A DNA stretch of 43,896 nucleotides. It comes from Trichosphaerium sp. ATCC 40318. Lineage: Eukaryota > Protista > Tubulinea. The stretch spans positions 1 to 43,896 of the forward strand of contig JALMLS010000095.1 of assembly GCA_038496445.1 (NCBI GenBank), given 5' to 3'. Of the stretch, positions 12,480 to 20,244 are shown one piece after another; position 1 is the stretch's first letter, and each line of letters opens with the position of its first letter. The notes under the pieces are model-generated. The model made no database searches. It was given only the letters and a program-made list of their open reading frames with translations, and was not told the origin of the DNA. A program made the translations under genes and the position numbers.

Positions 12480-13443
12480 ATGTTAGTTATTTTAAAGTTT
12501 ATTATTTTATTATTTTAATGTTTCCGTTTATTTTTGCGGAGCATTATTAACTTTATGGAAAGAAAAGTTATGGCTGGTATCAAAGAAGGAAAGGACCTAT
12601 GTAGTAGGTTTATATGGTTTATTACAGCCATAGCTGATGGGTTGAAATGATTTGAAAAGAAACAATAATTCCTCAATACGCTATGGTATTTTATTTGTTT
12701 TTGCTCCTTGTGGTTGTTATTTTTATCTTAGTTCTTTTATCCTTATTACCTTTGTCTTTTAAAATGTAATCATAGATATAGATATAGTTTGATGTTGATA
12801 TTTGTTATATCGTCATTAGGTGTTTATGTTTAATTTTTGCGGGTTGGGCAAGTAACTCAAAATATGCTTTTTTAGTGCAATAAGAGCTGCTGCCCAAATG
12901 ATTTCTTATGAGTTCCTTTTGGTTTAGTTATTATTATATTGGTGCTTGAGCAGGTACGTTAAATCTTATAAGTGTAGTTAATTTACAAAAGATACTATTT
13001 TATTTTTATATGCGCCTGAGCGGCAATAATTTTTATAGTGACAATATTAGCAGAGACTAATAGGCCACCTTTCGCAGATTTACCAGAGGCAGAAGGTGAA
13101 TTAGTGTCTGTTATAATGTTGAATATTCTTCATGGGTTTTGTTTGTTTTTTTCTTTCTGATATATAAACATGATTATATTAAGTATTTTGTTTGCCAATT
13201 TATTTCTTGGCGAAATATTTTTTTTTATAATGATTTGTGGAAGGAATTCCTATTTTTTGTATATTAAAAGTTTATTAATAATGCTTATGTTTATTTGGTT
13301 AGAGCTTCATTACCTAGATATAGATATGATCATTTAATGAGTTTAGGTGAAAAACTTTGTTACCTATAACGGTAGGGTTTTATTGTTTAATAGTGAATAG
13401 CTTTGGGAGGTAAGTAATTTTATATGGTAGTTTTTTAGGTTAA
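12480..13443 (+). CDS. nad1: NADH dehydrogenase subunit 1 cryptogene
   Basis: With single-base insertions: [84 protein letters not shown]. Confidence 0.95.
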
Positions 13444-13445
13444 TT

Positions 13446-13988
13446 ATGCGTTGAATTAGAGAGTTTTTGCTTTTGAATTTATTTTAGGTCTTTTATTAAA
13501 TCTTTTGGACATATTTAAGAACTTTTATAGGATCTTGTAAAGATATGGCGATTTGTGGTTTTTATTTTTTTGGTTAAAATTAAGTGAGCGCATGCTGAAA
13601 ATCATTGTTAGATATTTTTGTGTAGATAATAGTGCAGCTGCTGTAAATTGAAGGTAGCTTACGTTTTTTCAAGTTTATTTAAAATCGTAGAATAAGATTA
13701 GAAGGTTTTGCATATAAAAAAAGAGGTAGTTTATTTACATCGTGTAAAATTTTTAGATCAGGTTTGTGGTTAGAAAGAGAGCGCAAGATTTATTTGGCGT
13801 ATACTTTTCGGGAATGTAGATATGCGTAGAATTTTATTAGACTATACTTTTAGAGGTTTCCTTTAAGAAAGGATTTTCCATTAACAGGTTATTATGAGTG
13901 AGATATGATGATCAAGGAAAGGTATAGTTTATGAACGGTAGAGCTAACACAGGATTATCGCATGTTTGATTTTGATATGAATGAGTAG
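13446..13988 (+). CDS. nad9: NADH dehydrogenase subunit 9 cryptogene
   Basis: WLERE.[57 protein letters not shown] after single insertions. Confidence 0.93.
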
Positions 13989-14286
13989 AAAAAATGTGAA
14001 GATAAAAAATTAAAGAAAATGGTAATTTTAGATTATTGTTGTGTATTTTTACATCATCGGGGTTATAATAACTTCCAAAGTATATTAGAAATGTTAATAA
14101 GTTTAGAGTTATTAGAGTTTTAATCTACGTTCTTGCTTTGGTTTTGCAGTCGTAACGGATATTTCTGTAGGTGTATATTAGGTATCATCATAATTATAGG
14201 AGCAGCAGCCCAATCGCGATTGGACTGGCGATATTGTGACAATATCGCGAACTTTAAAAAGTGTTTCAGTAGATATGTATCTTTAA
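13981..14286 (+). CDS. rpl11: Probable ribosomal protein L11 cryptogene (very divergent)
   Basis: C-terminal IVTISRTLKSVSVDM resembles L11 I.GTARSMGI.V. Position at the head of the r-protein cluster fits. Confidence 0.45.
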
Positions 14287-14296
14287 TAAAAGTTAA

Positions 14297-14730
14297 ATGT
14301 TTATTTTTAAAGAATTTAGTTTAAGATTAAAAATAAAGTAAATAATCTATTTGTTAAAAGTACTGGTGTTATTTAGTCTTTTTATTATCGTTATTTTATG
14401 TAGATAGTGCAATATTGATAAAGATGATATTTTTGAAAAATTATTAGAAATTTAAAATTTAAGCCGAGTTTATTCAAGTCAGAATTTAGTTTGGATAATT
14501 TTATAGAAGTAATATTAATATTTTAGAAGGATTAATAAAAATACGTTGCAAATAAAAATATAGAATGTTTAAAGAATTTGTTTAAATGTAATTTTTATTA
14601 GCGGGATTATTGAATGGCAAAGATTACGCAATTTAAGTTAGTAAAATCTACGTCGTAGATTTTACTAACTTAAATTGCGTAATCTTTGCCATTCAATAAT
14701 TTAATAAATTATTCAGGTGTAATATAGGAG
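14297..14730 (+). CDS. Unidentified cryptogene, possibly rpl10
   Basis: Follows putative rpl11. FLLAGLLNGK resembles the L10 LLGG..EG motif, but weakly. Confidence 0.3.
14606..14700. repeat. Perfect palindrome, 47-bp arms
   Basis: attattgaatggc...atctacg-t-cgtagat...gccattcaataat. Confidence 0.95.
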
Positions 14731-14917
14731 GTAGGAAATAAAAATAAAAATTATATAAAATATCAGGAAAATAAGGCATCTTTATGTTGTTGATATTTAA
14801 TTTTATTTATTTTTTATTTTTTTTTATTTTTTTTATTATATTATATTATATTTTTATACTATATAGTTTTATAATTTTAACTTCAGTGAATTTAAGAACG
14901 TAAAAATTTAAAATAAC

Positions 14918-15360
14918 ATGCGATGGTTAGATTTAGTGAAAAGGATCAACAAATAGTTTATTTAGTTATAGAACGCGTATGTAACTTCTTTAATAAAAAA
15001 AGAAAAAAAATTCGTGCGGTGATTTGTATTTTAAAATATATATGTGATTAAAGGAGCAAAATAGTGGAGTCCTTCTACTATTTTGCAGTTGCTTTTAGGC
15101 GTTCACACCGTTCTTTTGCCTAAAACAGTTGTTTTAGGCAAAAGAACGGTGCAGTACCCATGTATGTTAATGAGCGGAAAAGAGAACAATGGTAGTGTTC
15201 TGGTTACCAGAAATGTAAAGCCTAGGTTCAGTTATAGCAATTAGCAGGTGAATTATTAAAGGCATCCATAGGGCAGGGATTTGTAATTTGGAAAAAAAAA
15301 AATGCTTATTGAGGGGTTACCTATAGGCACCAAAGTTTTCGTTTATTTATAGGGGGGTAA
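14918..15360 (+). CDS. rps7: Ribosomal protein S7 cryptogene
   Basis: PKTVVLGKRTVAVPMYVNERKRETMVVFWL...LAGELLKASIGQG resembles S7 RRVGGATYQVP...AIRWL...LA.EL.DA...G. Confidence 0.68.
15106..15151. repeat. Palindrome, 22-bp arms, inside rps7
   Basis: caccgttcttttgcctaaaaca-gt-tgttttaggcaaaagaacggtg. Confidence 0.95.
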
Positions 15361-15410
15361 GAGTAAATATAAGGATAGACGTAATTTAAAAATAAATATA
15401 AATATTAAAA

Positions 15411-15583
15411 ATGATAAAAGTAAAGCGCTGGTGAATCAATTATTTGTAGATTGAATATTTTTTGGTTCTTTAAAGAAGATACAAATTATTTAAGTGGTTG
15501 GTGTATTTTAGAGAATCCTATAAAATGTGTATTTTAGAAATGGATATATGTTTCAAGGATTTCATATATAAATAAATTAATAA
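15411..15583 (+). CDS. rps19: Probable short, divergent S19 cryptogene
   Basis: LFVD...IQI.S...IL....RNG..F resembles S19 PFVD..IKIWSR.STIL...YNGK.F; synteny fits. Confidence 0.4.
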
Positions 15584-15584
15584 G

Positions 15585-15834
15585 ATGAGGTTTAGAGAGA
15601 GAGGTGCCGTGTTGTTTGCGAATTACGCGTTATTTTTAGAAGGTTAACTAAGCAGCTGCATATTTATGTGACAACCTTATGTAGCAGTGCGTGAAGAGAA
15701 GGAACTTTAACAAATTTTAGGTTATAGTAAGATGATGGGTTTATTGATAACAGAGATGCTAGAGCAAGTGATAAATTTGGAGAACAGTTAGAAGGTTACA
15801 AATGCGTTATAAATTACCTGTTGAGTGTTTTTAA
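15585..15834 (+). CDS. rpl16: Probable L16 cryptogene
   Basis: RITRYF..LHIYV.PY.AV...KG...GLLITE...YKLPV resembles the L16 C-terminal KLP motif; synteny fits. Confidence 0.5.
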
Positions 15835-16008
15835 GTGCAGCTTGAAGAGTTTAAATATGTACGGGAATCAAGGGGTGTTAGGGTTCCGTCGGTAGTGTTG
15901 TTAGTTCAGATGGGTTAGTTCAGTGGTGGATTGTTGTTTAGCAGGGACACAAAAACATTTAAAAGTCAGTATTATTTTAACAGTTGGATGTTGATTATGT
16001 ATATATAG
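15820..16008 (+). CDS. Possible L14 cryptogene
   Basis: Weak similarity plus position after rpl16. Confidence 0.3.
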
Positions 16009-16049
16009 AAAAGCAAAAAAAATAATATATAGGGGTGTAAATTTAAAAA

Positions 16050-16500
16050 TTTAGGAATTTTAAATTTACAAGTTGATTTAATTTAGGATTAAAAAATTTA
16101 AAGAAAAAATTTAAATTTACGTACATTAGAGGGTTACGATGATGTGTAATGTAATGTATCATTATGTGGATTATCAAAACATTATTTGGTTTCTGAAGTT
16201 ATTGATTTTTTTTTATAGCTTATATTATGTAGAATTTTTAAATTTGTTAAATAAAGAACGTGCGACGTGTGTGGTAAAATAGAAGATGTGGGTTAAGAGC
16301 TAGAGTAAATGATGTTGGAAAGTTTATTACGTGAACGCAAGATGTTCGAAACACCGTATTTTGGTGTTTCGAACATCTTGCGTTCACGTAATAAAGAGGA
16401 GATAGTAAAAAGATCCAGCGTTAGTTTTACTTGATCTTTGGCTTTAAATTTAAAGCCAAAGATCAAGTAAAACTAACGCTGGATCTTTAGAAATTAAATT
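16050..16500 (+). CDS. Possible L5 cryptogene
   Basis: Mostly synteny (between putative rpl14 and rps14); weak motifs. Confidence 0.25.
16323..16395. repeat. Palindrome, 33-bp arms, 7-nt loop
   Basis: tttattacgtgaacgc...aacacc-gtatttt-ggtgtt...gcgttcacgtaataaa. Confidence 0.95.
16409..16488. repeat. Perfect 80-bp palindrome with no spacer
   Basis: aaagatccagcg...gctttaaa|tttaaagc...cgctggatcttt. Confidence 0.95.
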
Positions 16501-16528
16501 TAAATGTAAATTAGTGAACATTTAAATA

Positions 16529-16751
16529 ATGGCGTACTTATAAATTTTGTGGGATGCTGCACAAACTTTTACTTCTAGAAAAAGTCGACAAAGAAATGCA
16601 AAAAGAATAAATTTAAAAGATTAAGGCGAGTTATATAAAACGTTATATTAAGTTTGACGTAAACATATTTTTAGTCGTGAGAGAAAAAGTTAAATTTAAA
16701 TAGATTTTATTTACGTCAAAAAGTTTTTTTTGATCTTTTAATTTAGTTTAG
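16529..16751 (+). CDS. rps14: Probable S14 cryptogene
   Basis: ASYIKRY..LT.KHIFSR...LNRFYLRQ resembles S14 RIKNRC..TGR.R....LSR..FR. Confidence 0.4.
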
Positions 16752-17167
16752 TGAATATATTTTGTAATTTTATAGTTTTTTATGAGTTATTATTATACTT
16801 ATAAAGGTTTATTTTAGTTGATAAATGAATAAAAATTCATTAAGTTATTTTTTAAAGAGAAATAAAACAGAAGAATATATTAAACATTATCTTAATTTGT
16901 TTAAAGCGCGAGATTATCTACTTTAAAAATAGCAATTTAAAAGATATAAGTAAATAAGATTGTTAGGGGAATCCTGTTGAAAAGGGCATGTAGTAAAAGG
17001 AATCTCTTTTGATAGGTTGCTTTATCAAAACACACTAAAAAGAAATGTATTATTTAAAGCAATATAATTATATTGATCTAAATATTGGGATTGAAAGGTG
17101 TAAAAGGTCAATATGCCAAAAAACATTAAAAGAAATAAAGGGGACCCAAACTGAAAAAAAAATCTAA
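16751..17167 (+). CDS. Cryptic r-protein region (rps8/rpl6 expected by synteny)
   Basis: Coding-like frameshifted sequence; identity not resolved. Confidence 0.2.
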
Positions 17168-17172
17168 TAAGA

Positions 17173-17507
17173 ATGTTAGGAATAATTATAAAAAATTAAA
17201 AAGAAGAGAAAAAAATTAAAGAATTTGGGGGGAAATTTTGGTTTGGTGTAAAGTCATTATCTCTTGGTGATATTATATGTTGTCAAAAATGAAATTTATT
17301 TATTTTGTTTATTAAATAGTAAATATATAAAAAAACTAAGCCCGTTAAAAGAATTCCAAAAACTAGAAGTGCTTTGAAAAAAAGAAGACGTAGAATTAGA
17401 CGATTAAGGTTTAGTAAAAAAATGATGAAAGGTGGCGTGCATGGTTTGAATATTGTGACAAAAAGGAAAGTCAAAGTTATTATTTGAGCATGCATCAGAT
17501 ATTGTAA
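17173..17507 (+). CDS. rps13: Probable S13 cryptogene
   Basis: NFGLGVK...RIRRL...WKGWR resembles S13 IYGIG...I.RL..I.SYRG.RH. Confidence 0.5.
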
Positions 17508-17536
17508 TAAAAAAAATAAAAGTCAAATTTTTATAT

Positions 17537-17592
17537 AACAAAAGATCGGCTTTTAAGATACCTATAGGTATCTTAAAAGCCGATCTTTTGTT
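17537..17592. repeat. Perfect 56-bp palindrome
   Basis: aacaaaagatcggcttttaagataccta|taggtatcttaaaagccgatcttttgtt. Confidence 0.95.
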
Positions 17593-17702
17593 TATTTTAG
17601 GGTATTAAAAGAAAGTTTAGTGTAAAAAATTTAAATATAAAAGTTTATCAAAAATAAATTGCCTTTGGTATATTCAAATTATTTTAGTAAAGGTAAGTGT
17701 AT

Positions 17703-17749
17703 TATCCACTAAACGCATGCGTGAAATAGGTCAATGCGTTTAGTGGATA
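17703..17749. repeat. Hairpin, 16-bp arms, 15-nt loop
   Basis: tatccactaaacgcat...atgcgtttagtggata. Confidence 0.9.
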
Positions 17750-18049
17750 GATTTTGAAAAAGAAGAGAAAAAAGAGTATATTATCTAATTTATTTTAAAT
17801 AAAAGATAGGAAATATTTTTCAAACAAATGTAGGTTTAATTTTTTAAAAAAGAGCCGTGAAGGTTAAATTTAGCGAGAAGTGATTATAAATATAAAGTTT
17901 AGATAAATTAAAACAATATATACATACATGTTTTATAATAAATTAATAGATTAATAAAAGGTGTAGGTTTAATATAAAAAAAAATAGAGGTAAAAAATCG
18001 CGTAATAATATAAATATGAATGCGTGATTTTTAAAAAATTATGGCGTTA

Positions 18050-19100
18050 TAAGTTTATGGACAAAATTAATGTATAAAAGAAGTTATGGTACTAGTTTAG
18101 TAATATTAACAAAAAATTAAATAAGATGGGTATTTAAAAAGAGTTCGAAAAAAAAAGAGTAATATAACTTAATAAGATTATATTACTCTTTTTTTTTCGA
18201 ACAGAAATCGCGTGAGCTTTTACATTTATTTTTGTTTAATACGCAGCTTTATAAAAGTAAAACAAAAAAAAGGGTAAAAAAAATAAAAGTAAAATTAATA
18301 AATTGTGAAAAAGATCAGATAAAAGAAAAAAAAGAAATAAACTTGCAAAAAATAACAATAAAAATAAAAAAATTAAAATCAAAAGCAAAAAAAAAAAGAA
18401 AAAAAAAAAAGAAAAAAATAATAATACTAATAGGAAATAAAAAACAAGCGTCTATTATTACCACTAAAAGCTGGCAAAATATAAAAATAAAAAATAAAGA
18501 AGTATATTTAACAACAAAAAAAAAAGTAAGAAATAAAAAACGTTGAAATAAGAGGATGCGTATTAGTGACGTCGTGAAAAAGGTATTAAAATTTGTATAG
18601 TTTTCAAAACGTTTTGAAAAAAATATAAATAAATTTATACAAAATGCAATAGATTTTTATATAATGTTTTAAATTATTTAAAATAAGTATATTTAATTTT
18701 GTATTTCTTGAATATTTTCTTTGCATGTGGTTTTATTTCTTTTTTTATTTAGAATTTCATCGATGAATAAAATTTGATGAAATTTGAAAATTGATGAAGA
18801 GAATTAGTAACAGAAACTAAAGCCTCACATGTCTTTTAAAAAAATTAACTTTAATGGGCGTAAAGTATTGTTAAATTTAAGGTTATATAATTATAGTATT
18901 ATTTTATAGATTATAAAAGTAAGATAAATTAATGAAAGGTTACTTATTTTTTGAAATTTACGTCGTAGGTTTGCGTGTCGTATGAAATATTTAGTGATTG
19001 GTTGTTAAGTTTATGAAGGTAGGATTTATTCATATTTAAGTTTTCAGAGAACTCTAAGAAAGTGGGAGTTTATTGAGAGATTATACTTATATAACGGAAA
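18050..19100 (+). CDS. Lys/Arg-rich cryptogene, possibly rps4
   Basis: KASHVF..INFNGRKV near 18820-18870 resembles the S4 motif ARQLI.H..V.VNG.KV; boundaries unknown. Confidence 0.3.
18143..18202. repeat. Hairpin, 25-bp arms, 10-nt loop
   Basis: gttcg(a9)gagtaatataa...ttatattactc(t9)cgaac. Confidence 0.9.
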
Positions 19101-19110
19101 TAGAGTCTTT

Positions 19111-19251
19111 TTGAGATTGCTTTTTTTAAATATAGATGCAGATCGTAGTTTTGTGCATCTATGGAAATATAAACAATCTCAAAGATTGTTTATATTTCCA
19201 TAGATGCACAAAACTACGATCTGCATCTATATTTAAAAAAAGCAATCTCAA
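19111..19251. repeat. 141-bp palindrome (69-bp arms, 3-nt loop) with nested inverted repeats, upstream of the tRNA cluster
   Basis: ttgagattgc...aaacaatct-caa-agattgttt...gcaatctcaa. Confidence 0.95.
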
Positions 19252-19290
19252 CTATAAAAAATCCTTGTTAGAAGGAAAAAAGAAAAAAAA

Positions 19291-19370
19291 GTCAGTGTGG
19301 TGGAATGTAGACACGTCGGATTTAGATCTCGTGTTTGAAAAAACGTGCGGTTCAAGTCCCGTCACTGAAA
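19291..19370 (+). tRNA. trnL: tRNA-Leu(TAG)
   Basis: gtcagtg..ggaat.gtagaca..tt-tag-a..long variable arm..ggttcaagtccc..cactgaa. Confidence 0.85.
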
Positions 19371-19372
19371 AA

Positions 19373-19444
19373 GGCTCGTTAGGATAACGGTTAATCCATA
19401 CTATTGCAAATAGTGTAATAACGGTTCAATTCCGTTACGAGCCA
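19373..19444 (+). tRNA. trnC: tRNA-Cys(GCA)
   Basis: Acceptor ggctcgt/acgagcc; anticodon arm acta-ttgcaaa-tagt. Confidence 0.9.
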
Positions 19445-19446
19445 AA

Positions 19447-19516
19447 GTCTGCGTCGTCTAAAGGTTAGGATACGTATTTTCAATTCGGCGATGTTGGTTC
19501 AAGTCCAACGTGGATA
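19447..19516 (+). tRNA. trnE: tRNA-Glu(TTC)
   Basis: Loop tt-ttc-aa; T arm gttggttcaagtccaac. Confidence 0.82.
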
Positions 19517-19527
19517 TTTTTTTTAAA

Positions 19528-19597
19528 GAACTATAGTTTAAAGGCAAAAACAGCAACTCATAAGTTGTAAGATGTGGGTTCGAGTCCACTGGGCTAA
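19528..19597 (+). tRNA. tRNA with CAT anticodon (elongator Met or lysidine-Ile)
   Basis: gcaa-ctcataa-gttgt; T arm gtgggttcgagtcc[c]ac. Confidence 0.8.
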
Positions 19598-19665
19598 ATG
19601 GGTATGCCGAGAGGTTAGGCGCTTGATTTTGAATAAGTTACGTTGGTTCGAATCAACTACCCAAC
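19598..19665 (+). tRNA. trnQ: tRNA-Gln(TTG)
   Basis: Acceptor tgggta/taccca; loop tt-ttg-aa; T arm gttggttcgaatc[c]aac. Confidence 0.8.
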
Positions 19666-19669
19666 AAAA

Positions 19670-19751
19670 GTACGTGTATCCAAGTGGTTAAAGGAGTAGA
19701 TTGTAAATTTATTGAGTTTTTCTCTTCGTGGTTCGAATCCCACCGCGTTAG
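19670..19751 (+). tRNA. trnY: tRNA-Tyr(GTA)
   Basis: gtaga-ttgtaaa-tttat; long variable arm. Confidence 0.88.
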
Positions 19752-19754
19752 GGA

Positions 19755-19826
19755 GGGGGCGTAGCTTAATAGGTAGAGCAGTGGGTTTTTAACCCAAAGG
19801 TTGCAGTTCGATGCCTGTCGCCCGAA
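19755..19826 (+). tRNA. trnK: tRNA-Lys(TTT)
   Basis: tggg-tttttaa-ccca. Confidence 0.88.
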
Positions 19827-19835
19827 GTTAAAAAG

Positions 19836-19907
19836 GTATCAGTAGTTTAATTGGTAAAATAGAGGTTTCCAAAATCTTTGATGTCGGTTCAAGTCCGGCC
19901 TGAAAAA
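19836..19907 (+). tRNA. trnW: tRNA-Trp(CCA)
   Basis: gaggt-ttccaaa-atctt; T arm gtcggttcaagtccggc. Confidence 0.85.
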
Positions 19908-19987
19908 GTCAGTGTGGTGGAATGTAGACACGTCAGATTCAAAATTTGTGTTTGAAAAAACGTGCGGTTCAAGTCCCGTCACTGAAA
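19908..19987 (+). tRNA. trnL: tRNA-Leu(CAA)
   Basis: Near-identical to 19291-19370 except the anticodon arm (tt-caa-aa). Confidence 0.85.
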
Positions 19988-19989
19988 AA

Positions 19990-20062
19990 TCGGGAGTGGA
20001 GTATAGGTTAGCTCGCAGGCTCATGACCCTTGAGGAGATCGGTTCGAGTCCGGCCTCCAAAA
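19990..20062 (+). tRNA. trnM: tRNA-Met(CAT), probably initiator
   Basis: tggagta..ggttagctc D arm; agg-ctcatga-ccct. Confidence 0.82.
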
Positions 20063-20068
20063 AAAAAA

Positions 20069-20138
20069 CAGGGTATAACTTAAAAGGTAGAGTGTTGGCT
20101 TTGGAGCCAAAAGTGCAGGTTCGAGTCTGCTATCCAAA
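20069..20138 (+). tRNA. trnP: tRNA-Pro(TGG)
   Basis: ttggc-tttgga-gccaa (6-nt loop, one base missing); T arm gcaggttcgagtc[c]tgc. Confidence 0.85.
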
Positions 20139-20141
20139 AAA

Positions 20142-20212
20142 GGGCCAATAGTTTAAAAGGTAAAATAGAAGTTGTCGGCCTTTCAGATATCGGTTCAAGT
20201 CCGATTTGCTCG
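20142..20212 (+). tRNA. trnD: tRNA-Asp(GTC)
   Basis: Loop tt-gtc-gg; acceptor gggccaa/ttg[g]ctc. Confidence 0.83.
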
Positions 20213-20244
20213 TTATTAAAGGTAGTTGGTGTAAAAACAAGTAA

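Noticed and set aside
14750-14915. atp8 candidate
   Set aside because: A better atp8 (MIQ.D start) lies at 23843; this stretch is left unassigned
19839-20151. 73-aa and 79-aa ORFs (and 19136-19387, plus their mirrors)
   Set aside because: They overlap tRNA genes or a palindrome; spurious
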